From: Bacteroidota bacterium
GTDB lineage: Bacteria > Bacteroidota > Ignavibacteria > UBA10030 > SZUA-254
Direction: 5' to 3'
Assembly: GCA_020056225.1 (NCBI GenBank)
Contig: JAGVIE010000017.1
Coordinates: 251-64,250 of the forward strand
Length of the DNA stretch: 64,000 bases
The translations under genes were made by a program, and so were the position numbers. The first letter of the stretch is position 1. Every line of letters begins with the position of its first letter. The notes beneath the pieces are model-generated. The model ran no database searches and had not been told where the DNA came from. It saw only the letters and a program-made list of their open reading frames with translations. Below are positions 49,062 to 59,900 of the stretch, in pieces.

Positions 49062-51500
49062 ATGAAATTGAAACCATTTCTTTCCTTTGCTTTCTTATTA
49101 CTAATATTATTTGATGCCTCGATTGCACAATGGAGTTCAATAGGTAATATTGAAGGTTTGAAAAAAAACAATCATGGCATCACTTTATCGGTGAAACCTG
49201 CAATTATTGAGATAAGCATACTTGCACCTGATGTTTTCCGAATAAGGATGTCTAAAGACGGTTACTTCCTCCCCGATTCTTCCTGGGCAGTTATTGAGAA
49301 AACATTAGGCGATCAAACTTTCAATGTGCATGAAACCGCTAAAGCGGTTTTCATTGTTACTGCAAAATTGACGTTGAAAATCAAACGCTCTCCTTGCCGT
49401 TTTGAATTCTACGATATGCAGGGTAGTCTCATCAACCAGGATGACCCCTCAAAGGGAATGGCGTGGTCAGGAAATGAAATCTGTGTTTGGAAAACTATGC
49501 CTGCTGATGAATATTATTTCGGATTGGGCGAGAAAGCGGGTGCGCTTCAAAAAAAAGGTAAATCGTACTCTATGTGGAATACCGATATACCTGCTTACAA
49601 AGCCGATACCGATCCGCTCTATCAAACTATACCCTTCTTTTACGGAATCAATAAGGGAAGAACATACGGAATCTTCTTCGATAATACTTATTACTCTTAT
49701 TTCAACATGGGGAAAGAAAATCCCGGACAGTATTCTTTCGGTGCGCTTGACGGTGAATTGAATTATTATTTCATCTATGGACCAAAGCCGAACGAGGTAC
49801 AGGAGAAATTCTCGAAACTTATCGGAACTATGCCGATTCCTCCAAAATGGGCAATCGGTTATCAGCAATGCCGATGGAGTTATTTTCCGGAATCGAAGAT
49901 ACGGGAGATCGCAACTAATTTTCGCACCAAACAAATTCCCTGTGATGCGATCTATCTTGATATTCATTACATGGATGGATATCGCTGCTTCACATGGGAT
50001 AATGAAAGATTTCCAGATCCAAAAAGAATGGTGAGCGATTTAGCAGAAGATGGATTCAAGATGGTTGTAATCATCGATCCAGGCATAAAGAATGATTCAA
50101 CCTACCGTGTTTATCGTGAAGGGATCGATGGCAATCATTTCGTCAAATATCCTGATGGAAAATATTTTACAGGCACTGTTTGGCCTGGTGAATGTGTCTT
50201 CCCTGATTTCACGGGCAAGGCAACGCGCGAATGGTGGGGATCGCTTTACAAAGACTTAATCGATATTGGAGTTAAGGGATTCTGGAATGATATGAATGAA
50301 CCTTCGGTGTTTAACGGTCCGAACAAAACTTTCATGTTAGATGTTATTCATGATGATAATGGGTTGCGTACAGACCATCGAAAGAATCATAACATCTATG
50401 GAATGCAGATGGCAAGAGGAACGTATGAAGGACTGCATAAACTTCAACCGAATGAACGTCCGTTCGTATTAACACGCGCTAATTATGCCGGCGGTAACCG
50501 TTACGCCGCCGCATGGACCGGCGATAATATCAGTTCATGGGAACATTTAGAAATGGCTGTTCCAATGTGTTTGAATCTGAGTATATCGGGTCAACTGTTT
50601 GTTGGAACTGACATAGGCGGTTTCGTTGGCAGCCCAAGCGGTGAATTATACACACGCTGGCTACAATTCGGGATATTTTCACCGTTAATGCGAACTCATA
50701 CAGAAATCAACAGCAATAATCAGGAACCGTGGTCGTTTGGAGCAGAATACGAAGCAATCAACAAAAAATCTATAGAACTTCGTTACAAGCTACTGCCCTA
50801 TATTTACACGCAATTTTATCAATCATCGAAATCAGGAAACCCGATTATACGTCCGATATTTTTTGATTTCCCAAACGATCAGGAGACTTATTGGAACGAC
50901 AAGGAATTTCTTTTCGGCGACGCTTTTCTTGTAGCGCCTGTTCTTTGGGAAGGTCAGACAAAAAGGGACATCCGATTCCCCGCAGGCGATTGGTACGATT
51001 ACTGGACTGGTGATAAATTTACCGGACCTAATTATCTTCGTTTCGATGCCCCTATCGATCGCGTCCCTCTGTTTGTTAAAGCAGGCTCGATTATTACTAC
51101 TCAACAGGTTGTGCAATACACCGATATGGCGCCGATTGATCCGCTAACTCTTGATATCTATCCATCGGCAGATACAAATGCTTCGGCTATTTTATATGAA
51201 GATGATGGAAAATCTTATGAGTATCTGAATGGAAACTTTTTTTTACGATCAATCAGACTGATGAATACTTCCGCTGGATATAAAATTGTTTTAGAAAAAC
51301 CTGAAGGCAACTACCATCCACCCAACCGGTCAGTGATTGTCAAGTTGCATGATATAACATCTCAACCGTCTTATGTACGAATCGATGAGTTGAATATAAA
51401 TAATGATGATGCAGGATGGATTTATGATCGTATGAATAAAATCCTTGCTGTAAGATTAGATGACAAATTCAGAGAGCAAATTGTAATCGTTGGTAAATAA
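49062..51500 (+). CDS. GH31 alpha-glucosidase, exported
   Basis: Signal peptide. GH31 catalytic nucleophile region GFWNDMNEPS. Length 812 aa. Confidence 0.85.
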   Translation: MKLKPFLSFAFLLLILFDASIAQWSSIGNIEGLKKNNHGITLSVKPAIIEISILAPDVFRIRMSKDGYFLPDSSWAVIEKTLGDQTFNVHETAKAVFIVTAKLTLKIKRSPCRFEFYDMQGSLINQDDPSKGMAWSGNEICVWKTMPADEYYFGLGEKAGALQKKGKSYSMWNTDIPAYKADTDPLYQTIPFFYGINKGRTYGIFFDNTYYSYFNMGKENPGQYSFGALDGELNYYFIYGPKPNEVQEKFSKLIGTMPIPPKWAIGYQQCRWSYFPESKIREIATNFRTKQIPCDAIYLDIHYMDGYRCFTWDNERFPDPKRMVSDLAEDGFKMVVIIDPGIKNDSTYRVYREGIDGNHFVKYPDGKYFTGTVWPGECVFPDFTGKATREWWGSLYKDLIDIGVKGFWNDMNEPSVFNGPNKTFMLDVIHDDNGLRTDHRKNHNIYGMQMARGTYEGLHKLQPNERPFVLTRANYAGGNRYAAAWTGDNISSWEHLEMAVPMCLNLSISGQLFVGTDIGGFVGSPSGELYTRWLQFGIFSPLMRTHTEINSNNQEPWSFGAEYEAINKKSIELRYKLLPYIYTQFYQSSKSGNPIIRPIFFDFPNDQETYWNDKEFLFGDAFLVAPVLWEGQTKRDIRFPAGDWYDYWTGDKFTGPNYLRFDAPIDRVPLFVKAGSIITTQQVVQYTDMAPIDPLTLDIYPSADTNASAILYEDDGKSYEYLNGNFFLRSIRLMNTSAGYKIVLEKPEGNYHPPNRSVIVKLHDITSQPSYVRIDELNINNDDAGWIYDRMNKILAVRLDDKFREQIVIVGK

Positions 51501-51550
51501 AACTTAACAGCGATTTGCACAAATACTAAAACGCAGTACCTCCGATAATA

Positions 51551-53680
51551 TTATTTCTTTGCGTAATAATATTTCGTTGTATATTCTTCAACCATCCTGT
51601 GCGTGTTATAAATGGGAATAATGGATCGCATGGCGTTTCTCATTTTCTCAATCCACTTACGGGGTATTCCATTCTTATCACGCTGATAAAATAATGGAAT
51701 TACATCGTTGCTTAGCACTTGATAGAGTGATTCGGCGTCCCTTCTATCTATTTCTTCGGGAGTCAGTGAATCTTTCACTTTTTCACCGATAGCCCACCCG
51801 TTCTTGCCATTATACGCTTCATTCCACCATCCGTCAAGAATGCTGAGATGCAATCCGCCATTGATGGAAATTTTTTGTCCGCTTGTTCCGCTTGCTTCCA
51901 AAGGACGGCGCGGCGTGTTAAGCCAAACATCGCAGCCTGCAATCAGGTGGCGCGCTACATTCATATCATAATTTTCGATGAAAACAACTTTGCCGAAGAA
52001 TGGATGCTGTCGCGTCATGTTGATTACCTGTTTAAGATAATCCTTCCCTTCATTATCGCGCGGATGAGATTTCCCGGCATATACAATCTGGATCGGTCTA
52101 TGAGGATCATCGAATAATTCCTGTGCTCTTACTATATCGTTGAATAAAAGAAGAGCACGCTTATAAGGCGCGAACCGACGTGCGAATCCTATCGTAAGTG
52201 AATCGAATGAGAGCAGACGATATAGCGCATCTTCACCGGTTGGACCGCCAAAAGTATGCTGCTGCTGGGCGCGTGATCGCAGGAATTCGATGAGTTCCCG
52301 TCTCAATTCATACCGAAGCGCCCAAAGTTCTTCATCCGATACTATTTTGGGGTTCGTGACATGCTGCCAGAATTTCGGATCGCATAGATGAGATTTCCAT
52401 CTATGAGAATTGTGCCTTTCCCAGAATTCCCATGACCGTTGCAGTGTCCAGCTTGGAATATGTACGCCATTAGTAACATGCCCGATCGGTACCTTTTTCG
52501 ATTTCAATCCCGGAAACAAATCTATCCACATCAAACGCGATATGTCCGAATGTTTTTCGCTTACTGCATTTGCTGCTCTTGACAGTTTTAGACCGAGAAC
52601 CGTCATGATAAACTCGGCGGAATCTTCTGTACTTATCGTTTGACCGAATCGCATGAGTTCCTTGATCGAGATTTTCATCCAATCTGCGAAGGGCTTCAGC
52701 GTAAACTCGATCAGATCACCAGGGAATCTATCATGTCCTGCAGGAACAGGTGTATGGGTAGTAAAGATACATTGATCGCGTACTAATTGTTTTGCTTTTG
52801 TTTTCGGGACCCCTTTTGATATTTGCTCCCTTAGAAGTTCTAACGTTAGGAATGCTGCGTGACCTTCGTTCATATGGAATACTGCCGGTTGAATTCCGAG
52901 TGCACGTAAAAACCTGACGCCACCGATTCCGAGAACGATCTCCTGTCGAATACGGGTGTTAATATCGCCTCCGTATGCACCGGCAGTCAAACCCCGGTAA
53001 TGCTCTTCGTTTTCAGGAACATCGGTATCGAGTAAATAAATCTGGCATCGTCCGACATTGATTCTCCATCCTTGAAAGTGTACTGTACTGTTCCCGATCG
53101 TTACCGTACAGATCAATGTTTTCCCCGAGTCATCCGCAACAATTTCTACAGGTATATTGGATGGATCGGTTGTCGGGTAACTTTCTTGTTGATGACCATT
53201 AGGGTCAATGTGTTGTTGGAAATATCCATGCCTGTAAAACAGACCAACCCCGACTAAAGGAAGTCCAAGATCACTTGCCGATTTTACGTGATCTCCTGCG
53301 AGCACGCCAAGACCGCCTGAATAAAACGGCAGACATTCATGAATTCCAAATTCCGCACAGAAGTATGCTATAGGATCGTGTATTCTTTTTCCGCCATTTA
53401 TATTGGGAAAGCGCGGCTTGTAATCCATGTATGCTTCGAAAGAGTCGAGTACGCTCATTAGACGAGCAAGAAAATCTTCATCACCGAGGCGCGCTCGAAG
53501 CTCAGTCTCGGAAAATTGTTTACGTACAGCAATCGGATTATGGTTAGTCGCTTCCCATGTCAGGGGTGAGAATTCCTCAAAGATCGCCTGTGCGCGCGGA
53601 TTCCAGCTCCACCACAAATTATACGCCATCGCATCAAAGCGTTTCAATATTGCTTTTACATCGCGTTCTGTTTTCTTCAA
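51551..53680 (-). CDS. Alpha-glucan phosphorylase (GT35, GlgP/maltodextrin phosphorylase, archaeal-Thermus type)
   Basis: N-terminal LWWSWNP motif and the conserved regions of the alpha-glucan phosphorylase family, 709 aa. Confidence 0.8.
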   Translation of the reverse strand: MKKTERDVKAILKRFDAMAYNLWWSWNPRAQAIFEEFSPLTWEATNHNPIAVRKQFSETELRARLGDEDFLARLMSVLDSFEAYMDYKPRFPNINGGKRIHDPIAYFCAEFGIHECLPFYSGGLGVLAGDHVKSASDLGLPLVGVGLFYRHGYFQQHIDPNGHQQESYPTTDPSNIPVEIVADDSGKTLICTVTIGNSTVHFQGWRINVGRCQIYLLDTDVPENEEHYRGLTAGAYGGDINTRIRQEIVLGIGGVRFLRALGIQPAVFHMNEGHAAFLTLELLREQISKGVPKTKAKQLVRDQCIFTTHTPVPAGHDRFPGDLIEFTLKPFADWMKISIKELMRFGQTISTEDSAEFIMTVLGLKLSRAANAVSEKHSDISRLMWIDLFPGLKSKKVPIGHVTNGVHIPSWTLQRSWEFWERHNSHRWKSHLCDPKFWQHVTNPKIVSDEELWALRYELRRELIEFLRSRAQQQHTFGGPTGEDALYRLLSFDSLTIGFARRFAPYKRALLLFNDIVRAQELFDDPHRPIQIVYAGKSHPRDNEGKDYLKQVINMTRQHPFFGKVVFIENYDMNVARHLIAGCDVWLNTPRRPLEASGTSGQKISINGGLHLSILDGWWNEAYNGKNGWAIGEKVKDSLTPEEIDRRDAESLYQVLSNDVIPLFYQRDKNGIPRKWIEKMRNAMRSIIPIYNTHRMVEEYTTKYYYAKK

Positions 53681-53734
53681 TCTTATTCCTTTCTAACCAT
53701 AAAAGACAAAATAAATTTAAAATATTTCCGATAT

Positions 53735-53778
53735 AAAACAAACTAAATAAAATACCCCGGCATGAATTGCCAGGGTAT
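53735..53778 (-). terminator. Rho-independent terminator after the 1041-aa gene
   Basis: Minus-strand hairpin ATACCCTGGCAATTCATGCCGGGGTAT followed by a T-rich run. Confidence 0.45.
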
Positions 53779-53796
53779 CGTCAATTGAATGGATGT

Positions 53797-56700
53797 CTAT
53801 TTCACTAAGACCATTTTTCCCGAATGTGTGAAGCTCCGATCGATATCACTAATCCCGGCAGCCCTGATTGTATAAAAATAAATTCCGCTTGCTACAGGCA
53901 TATTATTATGATTCAACGAATTCCATTCGACCGTTTTATATCCTGCAGTTTGAACTTCGTTAAGAAGTGTGATAATATCCTGCCCTAATTCATCATAGAT
54001 TTTTATAGATATAAGTGCATCAACAGGTAGTGCGTATTTAATCGATGTAGTCGGATTAAATGGATTCGGATAATTGGGTTCGATGGAAAATTGTTTTGGT
54101 AATTCGATTGCGACTAAACTCTTAATCGATATCTTCGAATCCGAACCTGTAACTTTAACAGCTCCTGAAGCAGTCATCGGAATGTCTTTACCGGCGACTG
54201 TAATTACTAATGGAGATGAAGATGAATTTATCTTCCATTCAATGGTCAGAGGATAGTATTCAGCTTTGACATCAACAGGTATTTCTTCTTGTTGATTTGA
54301 TTCTATCATCTCCATTGATCGGTTAGTTCTGAAGCGAACGTCGAATGCACCGGCAGGTGGAAGAGGCGGCAATTCATATCTAGCTGTAAAAATATTATCG
54401 CTCTTCTGCGCAAGAAATAATTTCTGACTTGTTCCGCGCGCATCTTTAATAATAATCTGATTCAGATTTTCCGACCTTTGCTCTCTTGCCAGGATTTTAT
54501 GTACTACAACCGGTTGTTGAAGTACTATCTTGCCCACTCCTGATTTGATCCAGTAAGCTTTACCCGGTTCAAGTGTATCGGCTGACTGGTAAGAACCTGA
54601 ATAACAGAAGAAATCACTCTTTAGTATATCAAGTGGATCGGTCGTAATTGTTGATACTGGTACCTTCTCGGTAATCGAACCGATAAGGTTCCAGCCGTCG
54701 TTTGTAATATTGATACTATCGACCAAAATATCACGGCCTATGATAGAGAATGTGGTATCCTTTGAGAATTTCAACCAGTAGCCTAAGCTATTTTCCAATT
54801 TAGTTACACTAATATACTGGGTTGTAAATTTGAAAGCATCGGATATTGCAGTTGGAAATAACGTTGTTACTGCGGAATCAGCAACGACACGTGGCAACGA
54901 GATCATATTCCATGTTTCTGTGACAGATACATCTGTCTTATAACTTCCATCGTTGCTGAAATAAACCGGATCGATAATTAGATCGCTCATTGTCAAATCC
55001 GAAGTCCGATTCGTCAGGATGTTTTCATAACCTTTATCGTTATCGATATCTGTTTTCCAATATTTATATTCTATGCTTTGACCGCCCTGAATAGAAATAG
55101 TTTTGGAATATATTTCATCATAATTCGGATCTGTAAGTGTGTCAGGAGTTCCCCACCCGTTGAATGAACCCCGCACCAATACTGCATCGATCGATGGATT
55201 AAACAATCCTTTAATAATCTGAATGCTCATATCGACCTGGAACGTGACATCAACTGAAAGCATCTCATTATTGAAGAAATAAGTCGGCAGAGGCATGTCG
55301 CTTCCGCCTAAATCATATATACGATTCGATGAACTTTCCCAATCCATACTCGCACGCAGCGTCTTCCAGAATTTAAATTCATGACTTCTGTTTGATTCAA
55401 CCGCGAATATTTTAGTATAGATACTATCATTATCGAGATCCGACAAAGTTGTTCCTGTTTGCCAGCCGTTGTGAGTTCCGGGTATACTTACAACATCGCC
55501 TAACTCCGGTAGGAAATTACCTTTCCGTATCTGCACACGCATATCTACGCTATACGTAACATTCACATCAGCATTATTGAAATAAATTACTGCCAATGTT
55601 GAATCACTTGTACCGGTTAAGAGTGTATGATTAGTGGAACTCTCATAATCCAATCCGCTGCGATATGTCTTCCAGAATTTATATTGATAGGATTTATTTT
55701 CTTTGATGGAAATCGTTTTTGTATAGATGCTGTCATTATTCAGATCATCCAACGTATCTGGTTTGCCTGGTGCGTTTCCCCAATTATTAAATTCACCTCT
55801 TACAGTAACCTGATCTCCCGAAGTAATTATAAAATCACTGTTACGCATCATCATCTTCATATCAACCTGAAACGTAAGATTCACATTTTTTGTGAACACT
55901 GCACGTATGCTGTGATTCATTATTACGTTTATAAAGGTATAACTCGAAGCGGTATCTACCGAAACATCGTCGACAATTAGACTGTCAATATAATATCCGG
56001 GATCGGGAGTTATTGTAAAAGTTGTATCGTCTCCATCTGCAACAATCACCGAGCCGGATGGATTGATGGTGCCATTGATGCCGGCGGCGGCAGTAATTGA
56101 ATATGTCGGTGATGATACGATGTATGAATAGTTCAAACCTGAATTATTATCATGACTGATGGTGACCAAATCGTAATTTGAGGTCGGGTTTGTAAGAGTT
56201 GTTGAGAATATATAATATTTCACTGAAGTTCCGCCTGTCTCCGCAGGGATTGTTGCAGTTCCACTCGCGCCGATGAAACTGACCTCAGCTAATGTCGAAC
56301 TCGCCCAATTATCTGTTGTATACCGAACGTAGACGTTTTCTTCGGCAGATTTAGATGTATTTAGAGTAACGGTAACAGCTACCGGTGTTGATGATGTTAC
56401 AGAACCCGGCAGTGGTAATTGAGTTACGGAAGATATCGTTACAGGTTGCGCCGAAGTTTCCATCCAAATCGCATCAGTGTTTGCATAACCATTATCCTTA
56501 AAATTTACATTGTAATATTTGCCATCCGATAGTGTTATAGTATTATTTGCCGGATCTTCCTTTATATAAGTTTGAACGGTGTTCATTACGACTGTCACAC
56601 CCGACCATTTATTATTAGAATATCCTCCGACCGGACCGCTTGTGAAAAGCCATTGATATGTACCTGCCGATGTATCTGCGCCGGAGACATCAATGTGTAT

Positions 56701-56922
56701 AGTAGTGCGATACCGGCGCGTAGCTAAGGAAGCATCAACTAAAAATGTTCCGCCGGTCTTCTGAATACCTGCAAATGAATTAATGTAAGGAGGATTTGTC
56801 CAATTATTGAAATCTCCGGGCATATTCATTCCCTCGGGGGGCCATACTTGACTAAGAGCCAATGGATTCAGCATCAAAAATAACATGACGCTTAGTGAAA
56901 TAAGTAATAATTTATGCTTCAT
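53797..56922 (-). CDS. Secreted protein with three tandem starch-binding-like modules plus Ig-like domains and type-A T9SS CTD (1041 aa)
   Basis: Three ~105-aa repeats: FQVDMKMMMRNSDF...GEFNNWG...YQYKFWKT; YSVDMRVQIRKGNF...GTHNGWQ...HEFKFWKT; FQVDMSIQIIKGLF...GSFNGWG...IEYKYWKT. C-terminus reads NYPNPFNPTTSIKY...GIYFYTIRA...KMVLVK. Confidence 0.7.
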   Translation of the reverse strand: MKHKLLLISLSVMLFLMLNPLALSQVWPPEGMNMPGDFNNWTNPPYINSFAGIQKTGGTFLVDASLATRRYRTTIHIDVSGADTSAGTYQWLFTSGPVGGYSNNKWSGVTVVMNTVQTYIKEDPANNTITLSDGKYYNVNFKDNGYANTDAIWMETSAQPVTISSVTQLPLPGSVTSSTPVAVTVTLNTSKSAEENVYVRYTTDNWASSTLAEVSFIGASGTATIPAETGGTSVKYYIFSTTLTNPTSNYDLVTISHDNNSGLNYSYIVSSPTYSITAAAGINGTINPSGSVIVADGDDTTFTITPDPGYYIDSLIVDDVSVDTASSYTFINVIMNHSIRAVFTKNVNLTFQVDMKMMMRNSDFIITSGDQVTVRGEFNNWGNAPGKPDTLDDLNNDSIYTKTISIKENKSYQYKFWKTYRSGLDYESSTNHTLLTGTSDSTLAVIYFNNADVNVTYSVDMRVQIRKGNFLPELGDVVSIPGTHNGWQTGTTLSDLDNDSIYTKIFAVESNRSHEFKFWKTLRASMDWESSSNRIYDLGGSDMPLPTYFFNNEMLSVDVTFQVDMSIQIIKGLFNPSIDAVLVRGSFNGWGTPDTLTDPNYDEIYSKTISIQGGQSIEYKYWKTDIDNDKGYENILTNRTSDLTMSDLIIDPVYFSNDGSYKTDVSVTETWNMISLPRVVADSAVTTLFPTAISDAFKFTTQYISVTKLENSLGYWLKFSKDTTFSIIGRDILVDSINITNDGWNLIGSITEKVPVSTITTDPLDILKSDFFCYSGSYQSADTLEPGKAYWIKSGVGKIVLQQPVVVHKILAREQRSENLNQIIIKDARGTSQKLFLAQKSDNIFTARYELPPLPPAGAFDVRFRTNRSMEMIESNQQEEIPVDVKAEYYPLTIEWKINSSSSPLVITVAGKDIPMTASGAVKVTGSDSKISIKSLVAIELPKQFSIEPNYPNPFNPTTSIKYALPVDALISIKIYDELGQDIITLLNEVQTAGYKTVEWNSLNHNNMPVASGIYFYTIRAAGISDIDRSFTHSGKMVLVK

Positions 56923-56974
56923 ATATACTCCATTAGTTATTGGATGATTGTGGATAGCAAAATCAGCAACTTTA

Positions 56975-59900
56975 TCATTTCATTAAAATCATTTTTCTTG
57001 TTTCGGTGTAAGCTCCGCTTCGCAACCGGTAGAAATACATACCATTCGGATATTTATTACCGTCCCATTCTACATTATAAACACCCGGTTCTTTCATATC
57101 ATCAACCAATGTCTCCAGTTCTCGCCCTATTAAATCATAGATCTTAATGACAACATGATTTGAGAACGGTAATTCATATTTGATTGATGTTGTTGGGTTT
57201 AACGGATTCGGATAGTTTTGATATAAGGAAAATCTGGTCGGCAACTGTTCTACATCCGAAATCTCAAGTATTACTGAGAATGGCGGTGATGTCAACTCAA
57301 CATCTCCGATGGAACCGATTGGAATCGTTCTGCCATCTATTTTTATATTTACCTTCAATGACTGGACAGGTAATTGACATTGCAATCTAACCGGGTATTC
57401 AACGGAAGATAAATTGATTGGAAAAATGCCAGCTACGCCGTGCGAAATTAATTCGACATTTCTCTGAGATGCATACCGCACATCAAATATTCCGAGAGGA
57501 GGAATCGGCGGCAAACCATATAAATCATCGTTTGAATCCTTATTGGCTCTTGTACCGAAATATAACACTTGTCGATGATGCGCTGCGTCTACAATTACCA
57601 GCTTGCCGTATCCCTCGATGGCGCAGTTTATGTTTTTTCTTGTAATAATATTACCAATGTTCAAATCTTTCATAACAATCTTGCCCGCAGTATCCGTTTT
57701 GACCCAGTAAGCTTTAGCGGGCTTTATTGTATCGGCAAATTGATAGCCGTCTCCATAAGTATAAAATGGGGAAATAATATTTCCTTCAGGTATCTGGAGA
57801 ATAGAAGCGGCAAGAATCTGATTCGATATTGAACCGATCATATTCCAACCGGCTTTTACATCGAGAGTTTCTAGCTCCGTGACGAATCCAGTAAACGGAA
57901 TATCTTCTCCCGAAGCAAACTTCAACCAATAACCAACTCCAACCTCCAGCGAAACTTGAGAGACATAACCAGAATCCTGTGAATATGAAAATGCGTCTGA
58001 AATCGAGGCAGGGAATAAATGCTCCTTGGTATTATCGTACAACCACATCGGCAATGAAACCATATTCCAAGCCGGATCAAAATGATACGAGTTTGTTGTT
58101 TGTGTTACAGTAAATGACCATACAGTTGAATAAGTGCTTATTCCGGCAATATTTTTTGAACGCACTCGCCAATAATATTTTGTATTGTTCGAGAGAGGTC
58201 CAACCTGTTTTGACGATGCTACTATTGTTGAATCATCGAATACCGTTAAGTTAAAAGTAGAATCCTCGGATACCTGAAGCCGATAGGTTTGTGCATTAGA
58301 TACAGTGTTCCAGTTCAAAAATGGTGTGCTCGGCTGATGTTCATTGCTATCGGTAGGCGCTGATAAAGTCGGCACTAAAGGTGGCCCATAAATTCTCATA
58401 TAACCGGATGTGTTATGAATGCTATCCCAAATCCCGCCGCCATTTGTACTATACCCGCCAAATACATACTCACTGCCGGAGAATTGGAATCTACTTGTGA
58501 AATAATAAATCCCGTCGGGTAAGGTTGCGCCAAGGTCTAATTTATATTCGTCGTAACCGTTAATGTCAAGATTATATGTTGCCGGAATCCACGATGTCCA
58601 AGTTGATGGATTACTATTTGAGTTATTGTATCCGAACCATGCCTGCAGACCCGAACCCTGTCCGGATGAATCGGTTATACCCATGCCATACGCCCGTGCA
58701 TATACTGTAACGAAATTGCCTATGGTGAACTGCGCGCTTAAAGGGTATTGCAAATTACAGTTTGTGATCTGCTTCTGACCGTAATACGCGTAATAATTCA
58801 ATCGCGTAATAACGCCGCTCCATGCGGTTGTATTCTGATCGTTTGGACAAGCATCGAAGGTCGCTTGTGAATTTTGATTTCCCGTTAGATACATTTGAAT
58901 TCCAAGCAATGAGGGTGACCCCATTGCTGATTTTAATATCCTGCCTTCGATCCAGCCATCAGAAGAAATATCGCTATTAATATTCTCAGCATATTCGGTT
59001 GAATTTAAACCTGTTCCAACTCCGCTCCATGAAGAACCATTCCATGTATGGAATTGTGCGCCGCCTGAGAATGAGCCGCGAAAAACATAATCCGGTTTGT
59101 TAGTATGATTATAGAGAATACTTCTGCCCCAGCTATCAGCCGATCCGCCACCCAGTTTTGTATTGAGAGCGAAAGCCCAATTCATCCACTGTCGAGTCTT
59201 GACCTTAGCGCCGAGGTAGAAATAGTTTTGATCCTGAGTAACGTAAATCTCTTTCACCGAAGCACTATCCCAACCGGCAAGTGTATCCGCAATAAGGAGC
59301 GCTTGCCCCCAGATGCCGTTTCCCTCGAAAGTACCGTCTAAAAGAGGATGGTTTAATACGTTCATCATAAAAGTTGTGGAAGCAGTATCATCATGCGGAT
59401 CGATAACATTCAGGGTTACATTGAAAACAGCTACATCAGATTCAGCCGGTGTCCCAATTAATTTCCCGGAAGTCGATACCGATAGCCATGCCGGATTTCC
59501 CGACAATGAAAATGCCAACGAGTCGTTATTAGGATCGCCATAGCCAGTTTGATATTCATACGGTGTATTGATAAAAACAGTTTGATCTGCAATATCGACT
59601 ATGTAAGGTGGATGGTTAATATGCAGTGTAGTATCAGGGACGTAAATAACATATCCTCTTGGCGGTGCCCATAGCTCTACCCTTCCATCAACAGCAGATT
59701 GTTTATCTATCGCAACACCTGTAAAATCTCTGAACACCTGATTTGGATAATCAGTGTTAACCCATACACCTCTCCATCCTGATGAATTATCATTGATTAC
59801 CAGATATGTCGCCGGACGACCATCCCCGCCGTTTCTGCGAGCGACGTAAATATCTGCCGCTTGTTCATCTTGCGTTCCTGACCCACCAACATACCATGGA

